Shown here piece by piece: positions 47,589-58,068 of a DNA stretch of 64,000 nt. Source of the stretch: Clostridia bacterium (lineage in GTDB: Bacteria > Bacillota > Clostridia > TANB77 > CAG-508). A program made the translations under genes and the position numbers. The DNA lies in assembly GCA_022797215.1 (NCBI GenBank), contig JAAWKD010000004.1, positions 5,191-69,190 of the forward strand, written 5' to 3'. Below the pieces are notes generated by a model. It ran no database searches. It was not told where the DNA came from and saw only the letters and a program-made list of their open reading frames with translations. Each line of letters begins with the position of its first letter. Positions within the stretch are counted from its first letter, which is position 1.

Positions 47589-47744
47589 TTAGCAATCATC
47601 TGCTTGGTCATTATATACTTGTTTCCCTTGTATTTCAATACTTTTATTACCTTTTAAGTATTCTTTAAAAGCATTTTCTATTTGTGATTGAAAACTTTCC
47701 TTTTTATTATTAAATATACAATATATCTTTTCTTTTTCTTGCAC
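47589..47744 (-). CDS. Small 51-aa protein upstream of the recombinase (GTG start)
   Basis: AAGGAGG RBS. VQEKEKIYCIFNNKKESFQSQIENAFKEYLKGNKSIEIQGKQVYNDQADDC. Confidence 0.35.
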   Translation of the reverse strand: MQEKEKIYCIFNNKKESFQSQIENAFKEYLKGNKSIEIQGKQVYNDQADDC

Positions 47745-48032
47745 TTCGTGAGCCTCCTTAGAAAAATACTATTAAAACTGGTGTAAAAAAATGACCTGTA
47801 AAAAGTATTTTTCAATAAAATACGAATTTAAGAAACTGTATGTCGCTTTGCTCCTACACTTTCTAAAATTCCCATAATTATCTTGTATGGAGCTTTTATC
47901 CCTTATGGTCGAAAATTCCTACAATCTAAAAAATAAGTGAAGGAAATTTATCCCCTCACTTATTTGCTCACTAAAACGTAATTTGTCCCCCCTATATTTT
48001 GCATTACTTTATTTTATTATCTAATTCTTCTT

Positions 48033-48248
48033 TCAATATTTCATATATATACGCTGAAGACTCATAATATAAATGTCTTTATATGTTAGTTCTTTTATTA
48101 GTGTATCAATGTCTATTAAGCCTCTTACGAAAGTTCTAAATAATACGATTATATCATCATCTGCAACTGGTCCTATTACCAAATCATACTTGTTGTCAAA
48201 ATTGCATTCTAAATTACTAATATCGCTAAAATTTAAATGTAATAACAA
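48033..48248 (-). pseudogene. DUF3990-like gene fragment
   Basis: GPVADDDIIVLFRTFVRGLIDIDTLIKEL resembles DUF3990. N-terminally truncated. The likely true C-terminus (YEILKEELDNKIK) lies in another frame. Confidence 0.4.
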
Positions 48249-48300
48249 CGCAATATTGCAACAATGTTTAATGTTTCTAACAAAATATTATTACAATATA

Positions 48301-48778
48301 CTAGACTTTCAATTTATATAATCTTTGACTTCTTTGTTCTTCGATACAAGTGTCTATATTGCCTACATATTCCCAGCCAAATTTATCGTACAAGTCGATA
48401 TATTTTGTATATAACCATAGTTCATTAAATTCTGTGTTCTGTTTTGCATTTTGTTTTACACTTTCTAGCATCCTTCTGCATACACCACTACCTCTATATT
48501 CTTCATCTACATATACATTAGCAAGCCACGGATATATATCTGGTCTAACAAATAAATCTTCATAAGTAAATTGATACATTCCGAATAATTTTATCTCCAA
48601 TAAAAGCACCATAAGTTTGAGGTAATCTTTCTTTTTGCATACAATGTTTTAGAAAGACTTTTACTTGTTCTAGTGTAAGAGCTTCACTCTTTCCCCACCA
48701 CTCATATATCCACTTAGTCATTTTATTCAAATTATTTTCATCTATTTCTATCACTTTTTTTATTTCTATATTTTCCAT
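48301..48778 (-). CDS. GNAT-family N-acetyltransferase, interrupted at in-frame CGG 48581-48583
   Basis: ...QTYGAFIGDKII, then CGG. Skipping the C gives GMYQFTYEDLFVRPDIYPWLANVYVDEEYRGSGVCRRML (acetyl-CoA binding motif). About 158 aa. Confidence 0.75.
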
Positions 48779-48793
48779 TTGTTATTTCTCCAT

Positions 48794-49285
48794 TTATTCA
48801 TTATAAAATTGCCAATCTAAAAAACTACTAATATGCCATGACTCAATTCCTTTTCTTTCTGCTTCTCGTAAAATCGTTATTACATCATCAACAAAGATAA
48901 TATCTTTCAACTCTATTGCTTTTTCCTTGCAATATTCTATAATACAATCTGCTTTAGAAATATCTTCTGTTATAAATAATCTATCTCTAATCATTGGATA
49001 ATATTTATCTAACCATAGTTGTTTATCATCCTTTTCTTTTTGGTTTTGACAATGCCCCATTATAATATTTTTCTTTGCATTACATTCACTTAATACTTTT
49101 TGCATTAGCTTAGATGGTTTTCTTTCTAAAAATATTCCGTGTTCTATTTCTTCTAAAGACATTCCGTTATCTGTACCATTAGGATCTGCCACATGACCAT
49201 TAAATCTATATGCTGCTAAAGTTCCATCAATGTCCCAAAATACATATTTATTTTTTAATACTTGCTTTGTTATCATACTATCCAT
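48794..49285 (-). CDS. HAD-like phosphatase (5'-nucleotidase-like)
   Basis: YVFWDIDGTLA motif I and IIFVDDV motif. Confidence 0.6.
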   Translation of the reverse strand: MDSMITKQVLKNKYVFWDIDGTLAAYRFNGHVADPNGTDNGMSLEEIEHGIFLERKPSKLMQKVLSECNAKKNIIMGHCQNQKEKDDKQLWLDKYYPMIRDRLFITEDISKADCIIEYCKEKAIELKDIIFVDDVITILREAERKGIESWHISSFLDWQFYNE

Positions 49286-49730
49286 AGATTTTTCCTTGCT
49301 CTCTTTCTTCTATAAATCTTTCCATTATATAGTTTTGCCACTCTCTACACATTTTGTTTGTATATTCTTCTGGTTTTACCCAAAGTACAGTATGGTCTTT
49401 TTCAATAGGCTCTGCTACTTTTTTATCAAATTCTGCAAGGTAAACATAGGCTGTTACTTCTAAATATCCTTTTTCTTCTGCATATATGTATGAGCCTACT
49501 TCTTCAAACTTTCTTACATTTTTTAGTGTATAGCCTGCTTCTTCAATTAGTTCTCTCTTTAAGGCATCTAACTCACTTTCTCCTTCTTCTATACCTCCAC
49601 CTAAATAAAAATAATCTTTTGCATCTGTTACAATTCCAATTTTCTCTTGGTTATCATTTATAATAATTGCATAAGCTCCAGGTCTTTTTGTATATTTTAT
49701 ATTTTCATCTTTATTTCCTACATATTTCAT
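49278..49730 (-). CDS. NUDIX hydrolase
   Basis: Nudix box GGGIEEGESELDALKRELIEEAGY. Confidence 0.8.
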   Translation of the reverse strand: MKYVGNKDENIKYTKRPGAYAIIINDNQEKIGIVTDAKDYFYLGGGIEEGESELDALKRELIEEAGYTLKNVRKFEEVGSYIYAEEKGYLEVTAYVYLAEFDKKVAEPIEKDHTVLWVKPEEYTNKMCREWQNYIMERFIEEREQGKIYG

Positions 49731-49773
49731 TTTTCAATTCATCTCCCATTTTCTATTCTATATATAGTTTTAT

Positions 49774-50964
49774 TTAACTTCTACTGTCTCTTTTTTTGTT
49801 TTTCCTCAAATAAATTAAATAGTAAGCTAGTCCTATTTGAAAAATCATAAAGAAAGCAGATAGTCCAAACATATATCTTAATCCTATCTCATACATTATA
49901 CCACATAAGAATATTCCTGTTGCCTCTCCTAAATATCTAACTATGTATCTAAAATTGGTAAGTGCTAATTGATATTTATTATCTACTTCGTTGATATAAT
50001 ATCCATCACAAATGTTTTCGTATGCTGTTGAAATAAGGATCGACCAAGTTATTGCAATTAGTGTGATAATAATATTATTAGATAAAAATGCTATTGTATA
50101 GCCAATAAACCTTATTCCAAATTTTATTGTAACTGTTATATAATCATTTTTAGGAGTAAGAAACTTTAATGCTAATATTCCTACTAAATCTGCTAATAAC
50201 CCTACTATTAGCAAATAATTTGTTGCTTGATTATCTGTAAATTCAAAGTAGTTTGTAAGTGTTAGCATTTTAAGTCCCAATGCTGTCATCATTGCCATTG
50301 AGCCTATAAAAGTGTATATTGCATATATAACTTGTGTTTTTCTTTGTGCTATGTATTTTAGTATTTGAACTTTCTCGCTAGCTTCTGATTTTACTTCTTT
50401 GCAAGCTGATATATTGAACATTACAATTACAGAAATTGCTAAAAATATAATGGATATTAGCAAACACATATTATAATCTATCAATACCCCTATTATGTTT
50501 TTTCCAATTAGCAGTCCTCCAACTAAAATTCCTATATCTCTAAAAAGATATTCTGTTAGTTTTCTTTTACTATAAATTGTATTGTTTTTTATAATTGTTG
50601 TTATTAATGGATATATGCTAGTTGTAACTAAATAACCTGTTACTACATCTAAAATAATAGAAAAGTTAATTAAACTTGTATTTCCTTTATTTTTTAGGCT
50701 TAATAACATTATCAAATTTAAAAATTTGATAATTAGAGCAAGGCTTACAAACCCTTTTAGTTTCTCTAATTTAATATTTTTTCCTACAAACATGATGCCT
50801 AATACACTAATTAGAGTTCCTATGCTTATAATATTACTAATATTAGTTACTGTGAAATTATTATCTTGCAGCCATAGTTGTCTAAAATTCTCCCATAGCC
50901 CCATTGAAATACTAAAAAATGCTAACATGATTAATATTTGATTTTCGCCTTTTATTTTTTTCAT
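49774..50964 (-). CDS. MFS-type transporter
   Basis: 396 aa, about 12 predicted TM segments. Confidence 0.65.
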   Translation of the reverse strand: MKKIKGENQILIMLAFFSISMGLWENFRQLWLQDNNFTVTNISNIISIGTLISVLGIMFVGKNIKLEKLKGFVSLALIIKFLNLIMLLSLKNKGNTSLINFSIILDVVTGYLVTTSIYPLITTIIKNNTIYSKRKLTEYLFRDIGILVGGLLIGKNIIGVLIDYNMCLLISIIFLAISVIVMFNISACKEVKSEASEKVQILKYIAQRKTQVIYAIYTFIGSMAMMTALGLKMLTLTNYFEFTDNQATNYLLIVGLLADLVGILALKFLTPKNDYITVTIKFGIRFIGYTIAFLSNNIIITLIAITWSILISTAYENICDGYYINEVDNKYQLALTNFRYIVRYLGEATGIFLCGIMYEIGLRYMFGLSAFFMIFQIGLAYYLIYLRKNKKRDSRS

Positions 50965-50990
50965 CTGTTACTCCATTCCAATTATATATC

Positions 50991-51099
50991 TATAAATTGC
51001 ATTCCAATCTTTCAAAGTAATAAATTCATTATTTTGTATATTGTCATTCGCTATTCTTATTGAGGCTACTCCTATTTTTGGTACATCTATATAATTACT
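50991..51099 (-). repeat. Remnant copy of an internal part of the HAD-NUDIX gene (duplicate of 52216-52324)
   Basis: About 109 nt, nearly identical by eye (TATAAATTGCATTCCAATCTTTCAAAGTAATAAATTCATTATTTTGTATATT...). Confidence 0.75.
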
Positions 51100-51156
51100 T
51101 CTTTGCTTATTTTTTAAAGAGTCCATATTCAAGAGAATATGGACTACTTATTTGCA

Positions 51157-51498
51157 TTAATCACTTATACGGCAATAGTCTGGATCAATTGAGTGTGCAC
51201 AAGCATGACATTTTAATTCTTTAAAAGCTACATATATTTTATCTACATCCAACTCACTCATATCGGTATAGCACCAAATTTTGATAACTGAGCTCTTTGG
51301 TACGCTTTGTTCCAATGCCACTTGAGTGTCATAACTCAGATATTCTATCCTTTTTTCCAATCCTTCTTGTTCGATAAGCGCAATAGAATAGCCTTTTTCA
51401 ATGGCTTCTTTTGTTAATCTAGCCATTTTAGTATTAGCTAATCTAGAATACCGCTCATCTAATTGTTGTTTTGATAAGACCATTACTTTAGATTTCAT
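51157..51498 (-). CDS. Hypothetical protein (113 aa from ATG 51498), mildly G+C-elevated gene
   Basis: AAAGGAG RBS. C-terminal CHACAHSIDPDYC. Contains in-frame CGG 51451-51453 that must be read as sense to give the long ORF. Confidence 0.45.
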   Translation of the reverse strand: MKSKVMVLSKQQLDERYSRLANTKMARLTKEAIEKGYSIALIEQEGLEKRIEYLSYDTQVALEQSVPKSSVIKIWCYTDMSELDVDKIYVAFKELKCHACAHSIDPDYCRISD

Positions 51499-51679
51499 TA
51501 TGCAAATCTCCTTTCTACTCATATCATTTTTTGAAATGCGTAAAATCTAAAAGTGAAAGGATCTCCCTTCACTAATTAGTAAAAAAGGGAATCTTTAGCA
51601 ATTATACTTGCTCATAAAATTTTATATTACTATAATATCATATTGTAATATAAAATTCAAGCATTGCATTATACTGCTG

Positions 51680-52777
51680 TTACTTTATATCCTTTATTTT
51701 TTCTTTCATATATGTTACTAGCTTTGGAAAGAATGAATGCTTTATAAAATGAATATCATTTGTATCATGTGCAGTAATTAATTCTTTCAAAGAAAAATAT
51801 CTGGCATCTGATACTTCTTCAACTTGTAGTGTTAACTCTTCTATTTTTACATCTTTTTCTATAAAATAAATATCTACAAATTTTTTCTTTTCTTTCACTT
51901 CTAATATTTTAATTAGATTATCTTTACTTACATCAATCCCAATTTCTTCTTTTGTTTCTCTTATAATCGCTTCTAGACTGTTTTCTCCTACTTTTACATG
52001 TCCTCCAGAAGTCAAATCCCATTTATTAGGATGCGACTCCTTATTCTTTGACCTTTTTTGAAGGAGAATTTGTTTTGTTTTTGGATTCATAAGCCATAGA
52101 TTAACTATTTTATAAAATTCTTTATCTTTTACTATTTTATCTCTTGTTTTTATTTTTCCTGTTATATTTCCATTTTCATCTAAAACATCCATAAGTTCTA
52201 TTTGAGATATGTACTTATAAATTGCATTCCAATCTTTCAAAGTAATAAATTCATTATTTTGTATATTATCATTCGCTATTCTTATTGCTACTACTCCTAT
52301 ATTTGATACATCTATGCAATTACTCGCTTTATCATCAATAAATATGTCTATTTTTTCTTCTTTACAAATTTGTGCCTTATCTCTTGCATTTACAATTAAT
52401 TTGTCATATTCTATATTATTCTTGTCTAGCCACTCTTTGCTTAGTTTATATGGATTATCGTGAAATTCAGAATCTCTTGCTGTTACAATATATACTTCAT
52501 GTCCTGCTTTTCTTAATTTACTGATTGTTTCCTTTGCATTTTCTCTTGGAATTGCTTTATTTGTAACTGATTCTTGGATGTCTTTTAGAAAATATTTAAG
52601 TTCATCATAAGTAAATCCATATTTTGCTTGATAAATGTTCCCATCATTCTTATCTACTAGATTAGATATGTCTTTTGCTTGTTTTTTTCCTAATTTAGTA
52701 GCATACTCTAATGCTGCATTTTCTAGTTCTTTATTTATGTCAGTTAGTGTATCATCAATATCTATACCTATTCGCAT
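51680..52777 (-). CDS. Fusion protein: NT5C-like HAD (deoxy)nucleotidase domain + NUDIX hydrolase domain
   Basis: N-terminal MRIGIDIDDTLTD and DIFIDDK. C-terminal Nudix box GGHVKVGENSLEAIIRETKEEIGI. Confidence 0.75.
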   Translation of the reverse strand: MRIGIDIDDTLTDINKELENAALEYATKLGKKQAKDISNLVDKNDGNIYQAKYGFTYDELKYFLKDIQESVTNKAIPRENAKETISKLRKAGHEVYIVTARDSEFHDNPYKLSKEWLDKNNIEYDKLIVNARDKAQICKEEKIDIFIDDKASNCIDVSNIGVVAIRIANDNIQNNEFITLKDWNAIYKYISQIELMDVLDENGNITGKIKTRDKIVKDKEFYKIVNLWLMNPKTKQILLQKRSKNKESHPNKWDLTSGGHVKVGENSLEAIIRETKEEIGIDVSKDNLIKILEVKEKKKFVDIYFIEKDVKIEELTLQVEEVSDARYFSLKELITAHDTNDIHFIKHSFFPKLVTYMKEKIKDIK

Positions 52778-53937
52778 TTTTTAATACTCTCCCTTTTTAT
52801 ACTACAATTAATCCAAAGTGTTGATATAATTGATAAACCAAAAATTATCATAAATACTTTTTCTCCAATAATACTACTTAAAATTGCTAATATACTAAAA
52901 ACAACTACTTCTGTAAAACATAGACTCATTTGCCCAACTGTTGCTAGAAGTTCATTATTTTCTTCTTGCTCTTTTATAATATTCTGTATTGATGTTGTTA
53001 TTGTTGTATCATACACTTTTTCAAAATTATCACTTAATGTTTTATTGAAAGCTATTGCTATTTTATTTCGAGCAAATAGAAATACCCCTGTTATAATACT
53101 TTTTACAACTGTTACTAAATTATTTGCCTTCCATATATTTTTATCTGAATACTTCCCTATAAAAGTAACCGTAATCACTTGTATCAATAATGATACTATC
53201 ATAATTGAAGAAAATAGTGAAAAATCCTTTAATACTATATATAGGTATAGTGGTATAAATTGTCTTTCTATTATATGGTTTGTCCTTAACGCATATATCA
53301 GTTTATATCTACTTTTGCTTTTAAATATGTAATTCATAGATGCCTTAAAAGGACTTGTTCTATTTTCTATTTTATAGTCTATTTTTCTAATAAAAATGTA
53401 TTGCAATAAGAAAAATATAGATATGATTGTAAATAGAATAATGCTATTATCTGAAATAACTCCCCAAGCTACTAAGCCACTTGCTATTGCCGTTCCTAAT
53501 ATTTTTGTTATATTTAAGAAACTATTGAATTTTCCCCTATGCTCACTTTCAACATACTTACTAGATAGTGCATCTGTTGATGGATTAGATAATCCCATAA
53601 ATCCCATTGCAAGTATAAAAATAATTATATTTTTGTATATGTTAGTTCCATCTAGCATCATATACGCACTCACTATACTAAAAATATTAGAAATTAGAAT
53701 ACATTTTGCAATTCCTACTCTCGAAGATATACTAACAAAAAGTGGACTGCATAATCCTGTTATTCCAAATCGTAAGCCATAAATCAATAAAATAAGCCAT
53801 ATTGGTATTCCATTTTTGTATAGCATTACTGTCCCAAATGTTCCTATTAGTGCATTTGCAAAGCTGTATGATATGTTACCTAAATACATATATTTATACT
53901 CTGGTTTGCTAAAATATTGCTTCATATCTTGCTCCAT
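52768..53937 (-). CDS. MFS-type transporter
   Basis: 389 aa multi-pass membrane protein. Start/stop overlaps with its neighbours suggest an operon. Confidence 0.65.
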   Translation of the reverse strand: MEQDMKQYFSKPEYKYMYLGNISYSFANALIGTFGTVMLYKNGIPIWLILLIYGLRFGITGLCSPLFVSISSRVGIAKCILISNIFSIVSAYMMLDGTNIYKNIIIFILAMGFMGLSNPSTDALSSKYVESEHRGKFNSFLNITKILGTAIASGLVAWGVISDNSIILFTIISIFFLLQYIFIRKIDYKIENRTSPFKASMNYIFKSKSRYKLIYALRTNHIIERQFIPLYLYIVLKDFSLFSSIMIVSLLIQVITVTFIGKYSDKNIWKANNLVTVVKSIITGVFLFARNKIAIAFNKTLSDNFEKVYDTTITTSIQNIIKEQEENNELLATVGQMSLCFTEVVVFSILAILSSIIGEKVFMIIFGLSIISTLWINCSIKRESIKKCE

Positions 53938-53942
53938 TCTGA

Positions 53943-55685
53943 TTAACTATTCGTTGTTTCCTTACTCATATACAAGTTGTAATAATAACCATGTTTTTGA
54001 ATAAGATCTTCATGCTTTCCCATTTCAACATTTTTTTTATTCTCTATCAATATAATCAAATCTGCATCTTTTACTGTATTTATTCTATGAGCAATCACAA
54101 AAGAAATTTTGTCTTTCAAAATTGCCTTATTAGCCTCCATAACATTTCTTTCAAATTCTAAATCTAAATTAGATGTTACCTCATCTAATATAACGATACT
54201 TCCATTTTTCAGAATTGCCCTTGCAAAACTTAACAACTGCTTTTCTCCATAAGATAATATGTCTGTTTCTGCATTTATGATTGTATCATATCCTTGAGTA
54301 AAACTCTCTATCTTTTCATTTAATCCTATTTCTTTACAAACTTTTATAACATCTTGAAAACTTACATTTTCATTTCCATACATCAAGTTTTCTTTTATTG
54401 ACATATTCAAAATAGTAGGATTTTGAAAGACATAAGAGATATTTTTCCTTAATTCACTTAATTTGTACTTTGTATAATCAATTCCATTTATTAAAATTCG
54501 ACCTTCTGTTAAGTTATAAAATCTTGGAATTAGATTTACAAGTGATGTTTTTCCTGCTCCACTTTTTCCTACAATTGCAATCGTTGCTCTCTTATCTATT
54601 TTCAAGTTTATCTGATCTAATATTGTGTTTACACCATCATAACTTAATGTTACATTTTCAAATTCTATTGAATCAATTTTCTCTAATGATAATGTCCCTT
54701 CATCTTTTTCTTTAGCAATACTGACAATTGTTAATACATTGATAAAACAATTATATTTGTTTATAACCCCATGAACATGTTCTAGTAAACTATTCATGTG
54801 ATTATTAATATCACTAATATAATCTACTATTAGCATAATTGTTGAACCTACTCCGATTCCTAATACAATTTGATTTCCGCCTATTATAAGAGTAGCAATT
54901 ACAGCACCAAATGTTAATAATGCAAACAAAGCTGTATGTAATCCTAAAATTTTACTAGATTTTATTAACTCATTTTTTGCCCTTTCTAGCATTGACTTAA
55001 TATCGTTCATATTGATTTCTTCTAATCTTAATGTCTTTGTAGTTGAAAAACTATCAATATATTCATTTATTTTTCCTTGCAAATCAATAATAGAATATTG
55101 CAATTTTTTATAAGTTTTCATATTTTTATTGTAAAATGGCATCAATATGATATACGATACTATAAAAATTCCTATCACAACTAATGCAATTTTCCAATTT
55201 ATAAATAGCATAATAATGGATATAACAACAATGCTTCTTAATCTAACTGCAAATATACCTATAACATTCCATACAAACATTTGTGATGATTCAAAGCTTT
55301 GTGTTGTCGTTAAATTAAATAAATTTCCTACTTGTATTTTGTCTAATTCACTAATATCTGCATCTTGTATGCTATCAAAAACTTTATTTTTTATTTGTCT
55401 ATCATTATCATAATATATTATTTTTCTTTCAGTTTCCATATATAAATCTAGGCAAAATCTAATGATAATATATGCTATCAGTACAAAAGACAGTAAAACT
55501 GCCATTTTTACATTTTTATCTGGAATATACTGATCAATTACTTTAGATAGTACATATTGATAAAGTATTAAATATGGAATAGCTGCAAAAAAACCAATTA
55601 TTCCTCTTTTTATTGTTCTTTTCGTATTGGTTGTAAAATAAAACATTTCTTTTAATAACTCTTTATTAAACATAGTTTTCTTCAC
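53943..55685 (-). CDS. ABC transporter, fused permease/ATP-binding subunit (exporter type)
   Basis: N-terminal 6-TM domain. GKSGAGKTSL Walker A, LSYGEKQLLSFARA signature, ILDEVTSNLD Walker B. Confidence 0.9.
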   Translation of the reverse strand: MKKTMFNKELLKEMFYFTTNTKRTIKRGIIGFFAAIPYLILYQYVLSKVIDQYIPDKNVKMAVLLSFVLIAYIIIRFCLDLYMETERKIIYYDNDRQIKNKVFDSIQDADISELDKIQVGNLFNLTTTQSFESSQMFVWNVIGIFAVRLRSIVVISIIMLFINWKIALVVIGIFIVSYIILMPFYNKNMKTYKKLQYSIIDLQGKINEYIDSFSTTKTLRLEEINMNDIKSMLERAKNELIKSSKILGLHTALFALLTFGAVIATLIIGGNQIVLGIGVGSTIMLIVDYISDINNHMNSLLEHVHGVINKYNCFINVLTIVSIAKEKDEGTLSLEKIDSIEFENVTLSYDGVNTILDQINLKIDKRATIAIVGKSGAGKTSLVNLIPRFYNLTEGRILINGIDYTKYKLSELRKNISYVFQNPTILNMSIKENLMYGNENVSFQDVIKVCKEIGLNEKIESFTQGYDTIINAETDILSYGEKQLLSFARAILKNGSIVILDEVTSNLDLEFERNVMEANKAILKDKISFVIAHRINTVKDADLIILIENKKNVEMGKHEDLIQKHGYYYNLYMSKETTNS

Positions 55686-57438
55686 CTATTTTATTTAAAT
55701 TTAAACTATATATTTCACTATAACTTTTATCTTTTAATAGTTCTTCGTGTGTGCCACATATTGCTTGTTTATTGTTGATATAAACTATTTTTTCAAATTT
55801 AGGAGCTAGTTCAATATCGTGAGTAACAAATATTTTACTTGTTTTATCATCTAATAACATTAAATTGTCTAATATCTTCTTTTTATTTATCCTATCAATC
55901 GCACTAAATGAGTCATCAAAAATCATAATTGGCTTTGGTTTTGTATATGCTCTTACTAACACTAATCTTTGTTTTTGTCCTTTTGATAATACAATCCCAT
56001 TTTGCCCTATGCTGCTATCATATTTTTTATCAAATTTTGTTACATCACTATGAAATGAGAAAAAACTCGAAAGTTCTACTATCTCTGGATATGTTATTTG
56101 TGGTACTAATATCTTTATATTTTCTGCAATTGTTTTTGAAAACAAATAGGAATCTTGTAACAATAAGCAAATCATTTCTCTTACACTTTTTTTGTTTAAT
56201 TCTCTAATTTCATAGTTTCCTATTTTAATACTACCTTCATAATCGTAAAATCCTACTAATGTTTTTAATAATATCGTTTTTCCACTTCCTGTACTTCCTA
56301 CAATCATTACTTTTTCATTTGGATAAATCGTAAAATTCATATTCTTTAAAATAACTTTTCCATTTACAGTAATAGTAGCATCTTTAAATGTTATAGTTGT
56401 ATCTTCCGTTACAATTTCTTTATTTTCGGTATCATCATCTTCTAATGTCAATTTCAATAAATTATCTAACCTTTTATATGAAGCCATACATACATTAAAA
56501 ACTTCAAGAATTTCTGTGAGATTAGTAAATGCTCTTGTTACTTTATTAGAATAGTTAATGGTAACATATATACTTCCAATTGTAATAAATGCTTTGCTAT
56601 ACAAATATGCACTTAAAATAAAGATAAAAGGTGTTTGTATTCTTACAATACCATCTACTAACATCTTATATAGACTGTCAACTTTTACTTTACTTTTATT
56701 AGCTTCAAAATTTTTAGTATTGATTTGTCTAAACCTTTTCTTCTCTTTTTCTTGCAAATTATTAATTTTTATAAATTTCAAATTAGAATAATTGTCATTC
56801 AAATTTGAGTATAATTCTCTTTGCACTTTAATTCTACTTTCTATAATTGGTCTGGACTTTTTGAAATACCATATAGATAATAGAATGATAATTGAAATTG
56901 CTACAATCATAACTGTTGACAGTCTTAAATCTAAATTTACAAGTTGTGTTATTGCAAAAATAATGATTAGTATAATGTCTAATATATAGGTAAATTGCTT
57001 TTCTATAAAACTCACTATATGGTTCACATCATCTGCCATATTTTGTACTAAATCTGCAAGAGAATTTTGGTAAAAATCTTGATAAGTCAAGTTTTGTATA
57101 TGTTCAAATAATTTTAGTTTTAAGTCAAATTGAAATTCTTGTATTATTTTATTTTTTACAATTGTTCTTATATAGGTTGATAAAACAATAGTTCCTTCTA
57201 TTAGCAATAGCAATATACATATAGTTAGTATAAAGGAGAATTTGTTATCAAATAGGTTAATAAAGTATTGTATTGCATAATTATCAACATCTTGCTTTAG
57301 TAGTACATCTATAAAATATTGTATCACTACTGGAATGTAAGTTATTAAATAGTTTAATATAATACTTAATATAAAAAATATTACTATAAGCAATTTTGTA
57401 TGTTTTAGACTTGATAGGATTGTTTTCAAAATTTTCAT
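55666..57438 (-). CDS. ABC transporter, fused permease/ATP-binding subunit (partner of 53943-55685)
   Basis: GSTGSGKTIL Walker A, LSKGQKQRLVLVRA signature, IFDDSFSAID Walker B. Confidence 0.9.
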   Translation of the reverse strand: MKILKTILSSLKHTKLLIVIFFILSIILNYLITYIPVVIQYFIDVLLKQDVDNYAIQYFINLFDNKFSFILTICILLLLIEGTIVLSTYIRTIVKNKIIQEFQFDLKLKLFEHIQNLTYQDFYQNSLADLVQNMADDVNHIVSFIEKQFTYILDIILIIIFAITQLVNLDLRLSTVMIVAISIIILLSIWYFKKSRPIIESRIKVQRELYSNLNDNYSNLKFIKINNLQEKEKKRFRQINTKNFEANKSKVKVDSLYKMLVDGIVRIQTPFIFILSAYLYSKAFITIGSIYVTINYSNKVTRAFTNLTEILEVFNVCMASYKRLDNLLKLTLEDDDTENKEIVTEDTTITFKDATITVNGKVILKNMNFTIYPNEKVMIVGSTGSGKTILLKTLVGFYDYEGSIKIGNYEIRELNKKSVREMICLLLQDSYLFSKTIAENIKILVPQITYPEIVELSSFFSFHSDVTKFDKKYDSSIGQNGIVLSKGQKQRLVLVRAYTKPKPIMIFDDSFSAIDRINKKKILDNLMLLDDKTSKIFVTHDIELAPKFEKIVYINNKQAICGTHEELLKDKSYSEIYSLNLNKIGEENYV

Positions 57439-57456
57439 ATTTTTCCTCTTATCTAT

Positions 57457-58065
57457 TTACAAATTTTCCTTTATCTCTGGAAATAAGTCATAAAGATTAT
57501 ATCCTAGTAAATTATCAAAAAATTCCTTTAACTTGTATGTTTCTATTACATGATATTGTGTATTAGGATGAGCTCCTTTTCTAATGATAATGTCAATTAA
57601 TCTTTTATCTATTGTAAATACTTTACCGCCAGGAGGACACATTAAATCACATAAATTGATTAGTTTTTCTTCTATTGTGTAATGATGATTTTTTATAAAA
57701 TCGGTTAAAAATGGGATTTCTTTCGAATCTGATACTCCACCTGCTGTACAAGTAATGTCATTGTTTAAGTAGGAATGTGTTAAACATATATTACAATATT
57801 CTTCATCATATCCTAACTCTTTCATATAGTTATATCCACTTATTTCGTGTTTATGGAATTTATCATTGTACTTTCCTATATCATGCGCATATCCAAGTGT
57901 CATTGCTTTGTCTATATCTACATTGTATCCTTTTTCGTTCAAAGCCTTTGCTATTTTTCCTGCTGTATTTCCTACGCAAATGCAATGTTCTATCCATTTA
58001 TCTTCTTTTACTTCTAATCTTGCTTTCTCTAATATTTCTCTTGCTTCTTCACTTGTTAATTTCAA
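57457..58065 (-). CDS. HD-domain phosphohydrolase
   Basis: H...GYAHDIGKY HD motif; 202 aa. Confidence 0.7.
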   Translation of the reverse strand: MKLTSEEAREILEKARLEVKEDKWIEHCICVGNTAGKIAKALNEKGYNVDIDKAMTLGYAHDIGKYNDKFHKHEISGYNYMKELGYDEEYCNICLTHSYLNNDITCTAGGVSDSKEIPFLTDFIKNHHYTIEEKLINLCDLMCPPGGKVFTIDKRLIDIIIRKGAHPNTQYHVIETYKLKEFFDNLLGYNLYDLFPEIKENL

Positions 58066-58068
58066 AAC

